Positions 53,283 to 63,447 of a stretch of DNA of 64,000 nt are shown in pieces (position 1 is the stretch's first letter; each line of letters starts with the position of its first letter). The stretch is from NCBI GenBank assembly GCA_009859145.1, contig VRVR01000005.1:153448-217447 (forward strand), written 5' to 3'. Source of the stretch: Andalucia godoyi And28. Taxonomy: Eukaryota; Protista; Jakobida. A program made the translations under genes and the position numbers. The notes beneath the pieces are model-generated. The model saw nothing but the letters and a program-made list of their open reading frames with translations, was not told the DNA's origin and did not search any database.

Positions 53283-55562
53283 TTACAATCTGATGTTAAA
53301 CTGGCGCAGAAGCGCAATCTTGTCCGAACGCTCCGTATCCATTTCCTGTACTGCATAATCGAAGCGTTCTTGAAGACGGACAAGCGACGCAGACTTGAAG
53401 TACAAGCATACTGCCAGCACGAGAACTGCAGGGCCGAGCACCAGCGGGGATCCGATGTACTCAATGGCATACTGAACATAATTCGGAGCGTATGATATTT
53501 GCTGAGGAATCGATGCCCAGGGGCTTGAAACACCGACATGTGGGCCGCACACGGTGCTGGATGACCGCTGCATGAACCACGTTGTCGGCAAGGCCGCAAT
53601 GAACAGCGTGAAGAGCAAAAACCACAGAAAGAACGACGTCGCACTTGCAACCGCCCAAGGGCGGCTAGGTGGTCGACAGGTTTTGATGACAATCCACTTC
53701 CGAATGTAGAACAACACCACGTTACTCAACGCACCAAGAAACGGCATCATAGGTGACACGCACGTCCCAATCCAGATCAATCCTTGGCGATAGATCAACT
53801 CATTCACTTCGGAAGAAAACTTGATACTAACAGGTTGTCCAGAAATGCAGTGCTTCAGCGGTCCCATGATAGTTGTGTCCAGGGCACACAACAGAAAGTC
53901 CACAATGAGCAGCTGCCAAAACATTTGGCCTGCATCTGTTTCCACACATTCACGCCCTCCAGTGAGTCGATCAAGATTCTGGACGGAAACAACCAATACA
54001 ACAATATTAACCATCTTCACGAAATACACACGTCCAACGGTATTGCGGAAAACAATCTTCGTGTTAACCCAGCGTTCCATCGACACCGTCGCATGAATCA
54101 GAGGAGGCACAACAAAATTAATGAAAGATACAATTACAGAGACCATGTAAGGGAAGACACTGTTCAAAGAAGCTTGGTTGAGAGCAATCACAAAAATAAT
54201 GCCAGAGCAGGCCAAGAAGATGATGGTGAACAGAAGGATGCCGCACAATCTGCAGGCATAGAGAAACAGGCGGTCGGACGTCTTTTTCCGTTCAGAAAGG
54301 AACATCTTGACCCGAATCTCTTCCATGAGCTCTCGCAAAATGTTGACGAGGCCCGATTTGATCTGCATTGCTGCAGGACGAGCTTCGACCTTCCAATCCC
54401 ATGCCCCAAATATAATGGATGTGAACTTGAATTGTCGATCATGTCGAATCAGAGACTCGGTTGCTTGGTCGCGCATCACTTGACGACGCAGTGCGATAAT
54501 GATGACAAAAAACACAAACACAAACGAAAAGAAGATTGCGCAAGTATATCCCACGGCCATGTTGTAGCTTGCAGCTTCCGGAGCGTACCCGCCATAGTAG
54601 ACCCATGTATACTCCAAACCTCCGACACCGAAGAAGCCAAGATAGTCCTTCGCAACAGTCTTGTCTCTCCACGCCGCCGGAGGAGAGAGAAACCACGGAA
54701 TCATGGTAACTCCCAGCCAAATGATCCCGACCGCAAAATTCAGATGGATCAGGAATCGCGAGAAATTAAAAAGCGAACCAACTCCGTTACCGAACAAGCC
54801 TTCAATTTGCCGGACGGAATTACGAAGAGGGGACATGCGTGAAATGACAGGAGCAATAAACAGCCACCAAGAGACCAGAGCTTGAGAAAACCAATTCTGA
54901 GAACGTTTTCCAGTCTCGAGTTTGCTTTTCCGCACAAATGAATGAAGCTTGTGCTGCAGGCCATCTCCGTCCACATACTCGACTTCAACCGTCTTTGGAG
55001 CCGCTGTATGACTCACCTCGCGATCGATCACGTCCTTGCAAACATCCTTGAATTTTGGATCGTTCGCAACGTTCGAAAATCTTGACAAGCGCACGGACTG
55101 GCTGCGTTTTGCATCCTGCACGCGGACCGCAACGTTGGACAGCGATGTGGTTGACTTTTGGGAGACCAGATCTCCATGATCGCCGTGTACTTCGACAAAC
55201 ACAGGATCGTCGGGGTCTGGGACGTCATCCATTGACGAAGAAGAAGCGATTGCAGACGCAGGAGACGCTGGAATGGTCGACGGGGCATTTCCAGGAGGCT
55301 CAATCACCACACCGCCGTGGCTCGCGGGCGCGTCCATGTCCGCTGCGAAAACAGAGCCCGAGTCATCAGTCGTGGTAACAACAGCAGGAGAATCGTAGTA
55401 TGGCATCTCGTTCGGAGCTTCCGATCTGCCTTGCTTACCGTCATCTTCCTGAATCTCTTCACTCGAATCGTTTGCCATCGTGCCATCCGCCGGCACACTG
55501 TCTGATGCTTCGTTTTCTACTTTGTACCACGGTAGATCGTCTTCATTTCCTACGTCGTCCAT
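53283..55562 (-). CDS. Transmembrane channel-like (TMC) protein
   Basis: IEGLFGNGVGSLFNFSRFL, YGGY, CVETDAGQMFWQLLIVDF, ELIYRQGLIWIG..SPMMP and CGPH motifs; multiple TM segments; acidic N-terminus. The start codon is uncertain. Confidence 0.88.
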   Translation of the reverse strand: MDDVGNEDDLPWYKVENEASDSVPADGTMANDSSEEIQEDDGKQGRSEAPNEMPYYDSPAVVTTTDDSGSVFAADMDAPASHGGVVIEPPGNAPSTIPASPASAIASSSSMDDVPDPDDPVFVEVHGDHGDLVSQKSTTSLSNVAVRVQDAKRSQSVRLSRFSNVANDPKFKDVCKDVIDREVSHTAAPKTVEVEYVDGDGLQHKLHSFVRKSKLETGKRSQNWFSQALVSWWLFIAPVISRMSPLRNSVRQIEGLFGNGVGSLFNFSRFLIHLNFAVGIIWLGVTMIPWFLSPPAAWRDKTVAKDYLGFFGVGGLEYTWVYYGGYAPEAASYNMAVGYTCAIFFSFVFVFFVIIIALRRQVMRDQATESLIRHDRQFKFTSIIFGAWDWKVEARPAAMQIKSGLVNILRELMEEIRVKMFLSERKKTSDRLFLYACRLCGILLFTIIFLACSGIIFVIALNQASLNSVFPYMVSVIVSFINFVVPPLIHATVSMERWVNTKIVFRNTVGRVYFVKMVNIVVLVVSVQNLDRLTGGRECVETDAGQMFWQLLIVDFLLCALDTTIMGPLKHCISGQPVSIKFSSEVNELIYRQGLIWIGTCVSPMMPFLGALSNVVLFYIRKWIVIKTCRPPSRPWAVASATSFFLWFLLFTLFIAALPTTWFMQRSSSTVCGPHVGVSSPWASIPQQISYAPNYVQYAIEYIGSPLVLGPAVLVLAVCLYFKSASLVRLQERFDYAVQEMDTERSDKIALLRQFNIRL

Positions 55563-55937
55563 CTCTTCAATGTTCAAACGCAAAGCACTGTGTGCACACA
55601 GAAAAAATAATAATTAAAGAAAGAAAGAAGAAACCGGCTCGAGGGAAACGGAGTGCCGAACTGACCTATTGCATTTACCGATGCCAAAAAAGAAAAAAGA
55701 AAAAAGAAAAAAGAAAAAAGAAAAATAAAGAGCAATCGAAGCAAACCAAAAAACGTCCTGACTCGTGAGGGAACGCTCAAAATGCAGATTGCAAAAAGTG
55801 CCAAAACAAAAACAAAAACCAAAAACAAAAACAAAAACAAAAACCACGAAACGCAAAGATGTCAGGGGTTCGGGCTGTTTTGAAAACCATTTTTTGTTCG
55901 TTGCCAAAACAAAAACGAAAAACAAAAAACGCAGAGA

Positions 55938-56023
55938 CTTGATGCTTCTCAGTTTCTCTCTAGAAGCACAGCATGCTTGATGCTTCTCAGTTTCTCTCTA
56001 GAAGCACAGCATGCTTGATGCTT
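55938..56023. repeat. 38-bp perfect tandem duplication (about 2.3 copies)
   Basis: cttgatgcttctcagtttctctctagaagcacagcatg starts at 55938 and 55976, with a partial third copy at 56014. Confidence 0.95.
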
Positions 56024-56190
56024 GCTGCATGGAAAAAGTGCTCAAAAGTCAGACCCCAACAGGAGGCAGTGGTGGTGGTGAGTGGAGGCGATAGTCTTCG
56101 TGGACGACGTGAGTGGAGGAGAGATTGGCGTCCGCGACACAGAGCAAAGCATTTTCGAAATCCGGGGGTGGGGTGGGGGAGAAAAGGTCC

Positions 56191-57030
56191 ATGGATATTC
56201 CGACGGTTGTAGAAACGATATTCACGTTGCTGGTCATTGCGGTTGCCATCGCGCTTCTCCCGAGCAGGTATTCGCTGTGGCGGTGGCTCTTCTTGATTTT
56301 GGAAAAGGAGAGGATTCGGGTTATCAATGAGCGCAAGCCAAAACGTATTGTTCTTATTAGACATGGGGAGTCTGCGGGGAACTTGAATCCAGAGGCGTAC
56401 GGATGCACTCCTGATTGGAAAATCCCGCTTACCGAAAAGGGCCATCAGCAGGCTATTGAAGCGGGTCGATTCATCAAGTCCGTCGTTGGCGAGGAGAAGG
56501 TGTTTTTTTATGTTTCTCCGTATGTTCGTGCATTTGAAACATTTCTTGATTGCGCAAAGTCACTCTCGGAAAAACAGTTTGCTTGGAGAGAAGAGCCAAG
56601 GCTCCGCGAGCTGGAATGGGGGAACTTTGCGAATTCCGCAGTGCAGGAATCTTGCCAGCGGGACCGATTAGTCGTTGGTAAGTTCTTTTATCGCTTTCCA
56701 AATGGAGAGTCGGGCGCAGATGTGTTTGATCGCGTCAGTGTCTTTTTGGAGACGCTGTTCCGGTCGTTTAATAAGGACATGTGGAACAAGGCCGAGAATT
56801 ACATCCTGGTGAGCCATGGATTGTTGATTCGACTCTTTCTGATGCGGTACTTTCATCTCACGGTTTCCGAGTTTGAGAGCATGGAAAACCTCCACAATTG
56901 CCAAATGGTTGTATTGGAGAAGGACTCAACGGGAAGATACCAGATCTCTCCGCTTCATGGCTTCTACGAAAACGGGAATCCTGTGCATTTCCCTCATTTC
57001 GACACAAAGTCTCGAATCGAGAGACCTTGA
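56191..57030 (+). CDS. Histidine phosphatase (PGAM superfamily), Det1-like, with N-terminal TM anchor
   Basis: LIRHGES, YVSPYVRA, EEPRLRE, FFYRFPNGESGADVFDR and LVSHG motifs; ATG at 56191. Confidence 0.9.
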   Translation: MDIPTVVETIFTLLVIAVAIALLPSRYSLWRWLFLILEKERIRVINERKPKRIVLIRHGESAGNLNPEAYGCTPDWKIPLTEKGHQQAIEAGRFIKSVVGEEKVFFYVSPYVRAFETFLDCAKSLSEKQFAWREEPRLRELEWGNFANSAVQESCQRDRLVVGKFFYRFPNGESGADVFDRVSVFLETLFRSFNKDMWNKAENYILVSHGLLIRLFLMRYFHLTVSEFESMENLHNCQMVVLEKDSTGRYQISPLHGFYENGNPVHFPHFDTKSRIERP

Positions 57031-57233
57031 ACAGCGGGAGGGGGGAACTCGTAATTTATTGTTCGAAAAGCGTTCTCTTCGTGTACACTATAACTAATAC
57101 AAGGGGATCGAGAAAAGGATTGGTCGAAACGATCGAATGTGAATTGAAGCAGGAAGAAAAAAAAAACCAAAAAACCAAAAAAACACTAGCGGATGTATAA
57201 TAGAAAAATAATGATAATCGAAATTGAACCACT

Positions 57234-58682
57234 TCAGTGCTTGTTTGCTGCCATCGACGACTGGTAATAAACAGGTAATGAAAGAGGAACCGACGACTCG
57301 GCAGTCACGGACGGCAGCGGAGCTTGGAAAAAGTTATGCAGCTGCGGTGTCGCAGACGGAAATATGTACGGAGTCAAAAGCGGATGCAAGAAAAATATAG
57401 GGCTTGGCGGAAACATGCTGGGGGGTATCGCGCAATGGGGCATCGCTGGTGGCAAAGGAGCCGGAAACACACTCCATGGATATCCCATTCGAGGAACGAC
57501 AGACAAAAATGCGCACATGTTCGCGTGCGACAAGCCCTGAAGGCTGTTGTCCGGCGTCGCAAGAGGACATGCAGCAACAACGGGTCTCGGCTGCCTCTTG
57601 GCGTCCATTTTTGCGAATGCATCATCATTCCCGTCAAACGCGGCGGACCGGTCACGTTTGCCAAATGCATTGTGGCAGCTCGAGCTGTGCAAAACTTCTG
57701 ACAGTTTCACCGCAGGGGTCGTCGATGAGCCATGAGAATATTGGGTCATGGTCTCGACAGCGCTGGCGGAACCTGTCCAATCATATACAAAATCGCAGGA
57801 AGTTCCTGAAGAAAACAAAGCGGTACTCAAAAGCGATCGGCAGAATTCGTATTCTGGATCGACGTCGAAAGAAAGACCTCGGACATAATCCAATAACTGT
57901 GTAAACTCTTTTGGAAGCCCCTGGCAGAGCTCTGAAGAAGATAAGCTACCCTTCATTTCAGCGATGCGAACAAACTTTTCTTCCTTGGCAACGACGCGCA
58001 GTCCCTGCCACGGCAGCTTACCTTGCAAAAAGTACACAAGCAAATAGCAAAGAGACTCGAGATCGTCTCGTCTGCTTTGCTCAATTCCCCAATGTGTCTT
58101 TACAGAAGCGTAGCGTGCGGTTCCAGTAAGACCGCGTTTATCGGAGCGGTAAGGAATGTGCTGTCCATCGACGATGAATTTCTTCGCAAGCCCAAAATCA
58201 ATGGCAAAGACACGATGGGTGCAATCTGTAATTCCCATTAAGAAATTCTCGGGCTTCACGTCTCGGTGAATAAGCCCGCGACTGTGGATCATTTCCAACA
58301 CATGGAACAGCTGGATTCCAATCATGCACACGGTCTTGACCGAAAACCGCTTGCCACACTGGTCAAACAGCTCCTCAAGATTGGACCCAAGAAGATCTGT
58401 GACCATAACATAGTACGTATCGAGATGTAGGCCGTAGTAGTAGACCTTCGGGGCTATCCCAGTGTCCTGCAGCTGCTTCAGTATTCTTGCTTCGTGGCGC
58501 AGCTTTGGATTCCTAGACCGGGCATTTTCTACCTTGATCGCAACCGGAGATCGATTGGCCAACAGGTTAAATCCTTGGTATACGTCTCCAAAGGAACCCG
58601 ATCCGATCTTTTTGCCCACCAGAAACGCACCTCCAATGCAAGTACTTTCGATCTGCTTCCTTCGCCCGCTCGACGAGGACAT
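57234..58682 (-). CDS. Casein kinase 1 family Ser/Thr kinase with Pro-rich C-terminal tail
   Basis: IGSGSFG, VAIKVE, IHRDVKPENF, IDFGLAK, LTGTARYAS and EQSRRDDLES motifs; ATG at 58682. Confidence 0.95.
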   Translation of the reverse strand: MSSSSGRRKQIESTCIGGAFLVGKKIGSGSFGDVYQGFNLLANRSPVAIKVENARSRNPKLRHEARILKQLQDTGIAPKVYYYGLHLDTYYVMVTDLLGSNLEELFDQCGKRFSVKTVCMIGIQLFHVLEMIHSRGLIHRDVKPENFLMGITDCTHRVFAIDFGLAKKFIVDGQHIPYRSDKRGLTGTARYASVKTHWGIEQSRRDDLESLCYLLVYFLQGKLPWQGLRVVAKEEKFVRIAEMKGSLSSSELCQGLPKEFTQLLDYVRGLSFDVDPEYEFCRSLLSTALFSSGTSCDFVYDWTGSASAVETMTQYSHGSSTTPAVKLSEVLHSSSCHNAFGKRDRSAAFDGNDDAFAKMDAKRQPRPVVAACPLATPDNSLQGLSHANMCAFLSVVPRMGYPWSVFPAPLPPAMPHCAIPPSMFPPSPIFFLHPLLTPYIFPSATPQLHNFFQAPLPSVTAESSVPLSLPVYYQSSMAANKH

Positions 58683-59574
58683 TGTATGACACTGTGTATA
58701 AAAAAGAGAAACAAAGAGAGAGAGAGAGAGAGAGATGAAAGGGGAGAAGGAGGAGGAGGGCGTGTGGGAAAAATTACCACGACAGAAAACAGAACCGAAC
58801 GACGATGACAATGACGACGAGCCCGACGAGGTAACGCAGAGGAAAGAGGCAAGGAAAAGGCGGGATGACGGTGCAAAACGAAAAAGAAGGTTTCGAAAAA
58901 GGGTGGAGAGACGGAGGAGGCCGAGGTTCAGAGAAGAAGGCCCTTTTCAGTTTTCCAGAGGTTCATACAAAAGACCTTGAAAATCACAGAACTGGAACGA
59001 GAGATGCCCATCGATCGCCAGCAGGTTGACAGGGCCACACAGATGACACGAAGAAAGTGGACGGCACTTTCTTGGTCAAAGAAGTTCGAGCAGATTGATG
59101 GGTGCACTCGATGCTCTCGCACACCAGCACACAACGCCTCAGCAGAACTGTCTACAATGTTCGTAGTGGCTTGCAACTTGCACAAGGAGAACCCGCATTG
59201 GAGTGATTGAAGGCGGGAGTGCGTGGGAAACCAGTCGGGCTTCCGGTTTCGGCAATCTCCGGGGACTGTCACAGCCGTCAAGTGTCAAGTGACAAGCGTC
59301 AACTGTCGGCTCTGGCATCAAGAGATGCTATGCCAGAAACCGAGGTTTCCCGCTTCCCGTATGTCTTTTCTCAGGAGAGCAAAGACATTTCGACCCCGTT
59401 GCCACCACGTTGCTTGCTTCTTCTCAACAAGGATCCGCCATCTGTCCAGTGTCCACCTTCCTGCTCAGACTCCCCACCCACAACACACAGACTGCCATTC
59501 AATCGCTGCTGTCCTCCGCACACCCTGGACGCTTCGACACCTGACAGGTATTTTCACGCGAATACAAGCAAGCA

Positions 59575-60102
59575 ATGCCTGAAGTCCACGTTGTTGGCGA
59601 GATATCTTCAGGGTCGCATTTCGAGGACTCGCTGCTATTCTGCAAATGGAGGGTGGTCTGCGGGCCACAATGGCGCAAGGTATCGGGGGCCGATTCAGGG
59701 TCGACACATGTTGTTCAGGCCCTTGAGGAAGAACATGTGTTCAGTCACCCCATTGACATCCACTTTGCAGCAAAAGCAATTGAAGGCTGGCCGAGGCTTT
59801 TGATTCGGGTGTGGAAGCAAGACATGTTTGGAAGAAATGACTTTTGCGGATATGCTCTCTGTCACATTCCAACTTCGCCGGGCTCATTTGTGCTTGAGTG
59901 TCCTTGCTGGAGACCGCAGGGCACTCTGATGGAGGAAATGACAGCGTGGTTTCTTGGAGGAAGACCGCAATTGCGACATGAGGACCTCGTGCTGTCCGGC
60001 GACAACCGGTTTCGCCTCCGAACGGTATCCATGGGCGTCGTTCGTGTGCGGCTGTCGGTTATCACGAAAGACTTTGCAAAACACGGAGTCGTCTTTGGTT
60101 GA
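59575..60102 (+). CDS. B9D2: B9 domain-containing protein 2 (ciliary transition zone, MKS module)
   Basis: MPEVHVVGEI, FSHPIDIHF...GWPRL, GYALCHIPTSPG, WRPQGT and FLGGRPQL motifs. Confidence 0.93.
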   Translation: MPEVHVVGEISSGSHFEDSLLFCKWRVVCGPQWRKVSGADSGSTHVVQALEEEHVFSHPIDIHFAAKAIEGWPRLLIRVWKQDMFGRNDFCGYALCHIPTSPGSFVLECPCWRPQGTLMEEMTAWFLGGRPQLRHEDLVLSGDNRFRLRTVSMGVVRVRLSVITKDFAKHGVVFG

Positions 60103-60340
60103 AGAACAACATCCCGACTCTGGCCGAGAGATCCATTGTTCGAATAGCCCCGTTTTTTCTTCTTCTATTGTCGGTGAGAGTGATGAAACGACCGCTCGGA
60201 AATTTACTTGTCCAACTATCTCTGTAAATATCATTGTCCTTTTTTTCGTTTTCGTTTTGTGTTTGTTGCCAACTTCCATTCGCGCAAGTGCAAGTGCAAG
60301 TGCGTGTGCGTGTGTGCCATCCCGAATCTTCGACATTCGA

Positions 60341-61660
60341 CTACTTGCGGTCCCACAGCTGCTGCACCAAGTTGTTGAACGACGGGCGGAGATCGCGGAT
60401 TTGGATATTGCCTTCGTCAGGATATACACGGTTTGTGAGCAGAATGGTAAACATTTGGCGCACCGGATCAATGCACACTTGCGTACCAGTGAATCCAAGA
60501 TGCAGAAAGGTCTCTCCGGAAAGCGAGCCGCAAGACCGCTCCGATGCAGGCTGTGCCTGGTAGTTGTTCGTATCCCATCCCAGAGCTCGGGAGGACTGCG
60601 AAACATTGTACACCGCGCGGAACAATGCTACCGTGGTTGCATTGAGAAACGGAGATTCTGCGCCCGGGTTCACGTACAGCCGGGCAATGCGAATGACATC
60701 TTGCACATTCGAAAAGAATCCAGCGTGACCAGAAATGCCTCCAAGGGCATACGCGTTCCCGTCCGAGACAGTCCCTTGCATAACCTGATGTCTGTAGGAA
60801 CTGTCATTCCACGTCGGAGCCGCCTGTCCCCACAGATTGGGAGGAGGAAGAAACCCGGAATTGGTCATTCCGGAAGCTGCGATCACATACTTTCTTGCGT
60901 ATGCTTCGTAGTAGCACTGCCAAAGTGCCTCCTGGGACGAACGACCGTCATCACACAGAGGGTGGAAATCCGCCGGACTGACGTATCCGTGCTCGGCCGC
61001 AAGCTTACCAACAATGAACATCATCGTAATCATGGACAAGTCGGAGTACACATAAACAGCCCCGACGGGATTGACGAGTGGCTGAGCCATTACTGACTGG
61101 AAAATCTGTTCTCTGCATGAAAAGTCTTCGGGGGGATTATGCACCTTTGCAGAAGCACAGCCAAACTTGGGATCCCAATAGTTGGGAGATGGATCTGGAG
61201 GGAAACCTGCGTTGTGAAGCAGGAGGTTGCGGACCTTGATAAACTGCTTTCCTTCGTTGTTGTACCTTTGTCCAAACAGACGCTCGTCAATCAGAAGCAT
61301 GTCGAGATCAAGCTCACCACGCTGGTAGAACTGAGCAGCGCTTGTTGTGGTCATCAGCACCTTGGTACACGATGCCATGTCAAACAGGGTGTCCTCCGTC
61401 ATTGGAAAGTTCGCAGTCGAGTGCGGGGGAACCTCCCCATACGTCAGATTGCCAACAGCATACGTGAATGCACACGAATTCGCGTCACAAGCCGCAGCCA
61501 CAGCTCCCGGGGTCACCCCTTTCGCGACTGCAGCACGCAGGAGATCCTCTACACCACTCCACTCTGCACAGCACGCAACTGACAATGACGCGGCGACAAG
61601 CGCACTCAAAAGCACAGCGCAGCTCGACACGCGCACTGCCCCGAAGCATGCACTTACCAT
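60341..61660 (-). CDS. Secreted beta-lactamase-fold serine hydrolase (AmiE/YbbE-like)
   Basis: Signal-peptide-like N-terminus; SxxK (ASCTKV), YSD, GTVSDGNAYALGGISGHAGFFS and HLGFTGT..IDP...ILLTNRVYP motifs. Confidence 0.88.
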   Translation of the reverse strand: MVSACFGAVRVSSCAVLLSALVAASLSVACCAEWSGVEDLLRAAVAKGVTPGAVAAACDANSCAFTYAVGNLTYGEVPPHSTANFPMTEDTLFDMASCTKVLMTTTSAAQFYQRGELDLDMLLIDERLFGQRYNNEGKQFIKVRNLLLHNAGFPPDPSPNYWDPKFGCASAKVHNPPEDFSCREQIFQSVMAQPLVNPVGAVYVYSDLSMITMMFIVGKLAAEHGYVSPADFHPLCDDGRSSQEALWQCYYEAYARKYVIAASGMTNSGFLPPPNLWGQAAPTWNDSSYRHQVMQGTVSDGNAYALGGISGHAGFFSNVQDVIRIARLYVNPGAESPFLNATTVALFRAVYNVSQSSRALGWDTNNYQAQPASERSCGSLSGETFLHLGFTGTQVCIDPVRQMFTILLTNRVYPDEGNIQIRDLRPSFNNLVQQLWDRK

Positions 61661-62132
61661 TGCTACAACGCAATACTCAAGAACAAATTGAAAATGAACC
61701 AAAAAAACAAAACAAAAACAACCAAACGAAAAGAACAGAATGAAAGCGAACAAACCAACAACAACAAAACAACCTGCAAAAAAACCGCACGATATGAGTG
61801 GCGACTATATGCGGAGAGTGAAGGCCTGATAATCCACTGATCCAATAGTTTCCGCGGTGCGTCTTGCATCAAACTCTAGAATCAACAGCATCCAGCTTTT
61901 TGACGGCAATGTCGCACCTGCTGGCCATGCTTGCGGCATTTTTCGGGTTCCTCCATTAAAGACCCGAATCCCTCCTCCTCTTCGGTATACTGTATCATAC
62001 AGTAATTCAGCGTTCCGATTTGCATTTGGAACGATCGAGCCTTTTCCTGTCCAACAGCGCACTGCACATTCGCACACAAGCATCGTTCGTCTTTCAGGAG
62101 GAAAACACACACACTATTTCTCACAACGCAAG

Positions 62133-63249
62133 ATGGCGAATCGTTCCAATTATGAACAGGTCCCTACTCGGGAGCCAGAGGAAGACAGACAGCCGCTTCT
62201 TCGTTTCGACGGTACGTGTTCTCGTTGCTCTTGTTCTTGTTCTTGTTCTTGTCTTTGTCATTGCTATTAGTATTGGTATTGTTGATGATGATGGTTGTGG
62301 CGGGATTGAGCTTACTTCTTCTTCTTCTTCCTCTTTAATGATTTTTTTTTTTTTTTTGCATTTTACCGCAGATCAAGAACCGGCTGAAGCAACGGTGGAT
62401 TCGCGCAGAACACCTGTGCAGCCTCAGGGACCTCCGAACCCTAGCACATACAGTTCTTCGGTGTCCGTTTCTCCCCCTGTCAATACCTCTTCCCCGTCAG
62501 TTTCTGCTGCGGCCCCTCCCTATGCACCTGCACAGCAGCAACAGCTGTCTGGTGCAAATGCTGCTGCGTATGGCCAGCCGGCTCAGAATCCTCAGCGGCC
62601 ACAGGGCACTTACTATGCCCCGGCGTATCTTTACCAGCCAAATGGGCAACCATACGCCGGACATGCAGTCCCTCTCTACCAACTCCCTACATCGGCGGTC
62701 CGAACGAATCCCTACGAAGGTCTCATCGGCCAGCAGCAACAGCAGCAGCAACAGCAACAGCAATTGTATGGTGGTAGTGGTCAACCGTTGATTGGTGGAA
62801 TGCCTGTTTTAGGACCCATGTTGCAGCCGATCCAGGGTCTTGGAAATGATTTCCTTTCCGGGGTTTTTGATTGCATGGATGATTCAGAGTCGTGCATGCT
62901 CGGTTTGTGCTGCTGGTCTTTGCTGGGAGTTCAGAACTACTCCAGACTGCAAGGACGGCGTGAGCTGGAAGGGAAGGACTGGCTGCTGTGTCTCGGAGTC
63001 ACGGCAATATACTCATTTGTCGGCATACCAATTGCAAACATGGGGCTGGCGTATGCGAATCGTAGACAGATGCGAACGAGCTTTGACTTTCCAAAGGAAG
63101 CTACGGGAATCGAGGATGCAGTAATGGCCGCATGCCTTGGGCCGTGCATTGAATGTCAGATGGCACGCGAATACAAGTATCGAATGGGATTACTGCCGCT
63201 TCCGATTCATGCTGCACCGCTTGCCGCCCCGGCTCGGCCGATGGTGTAG
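62133..63249 (+). CDS. PLAC8-domain protein with Pro/Gln-rich N-terminus; 2 exons (62133-62211, 62372-63249), 318 aa
   Basis: SGVFDCMDDSESCMLGLCC and PCIECQMARE PLAC8 motifs; a 160-nt GTACGT...CAG intron joins the frames; polyQ encoded by CAG/CAA. Confidence 0.85.
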
Positions 63250-63447
63250 CACATGTGCGATTTGAAGCACATTTGATCTGCACGATGTGCTTTCCAAATC
63301 AATGAACAATGAAAACCAGGAAGAGGGGAGGGGAGGAAATTAAAAAAGAAGAAGAAGAAAAAAAGAAGAAAAAAGTAAGGAGTGGCGCAGTAACGATTTA
63401 TTTTGTATTTGTAAAATCAGCATGCTTGTTTGTTTGTCCTCTTCTGC

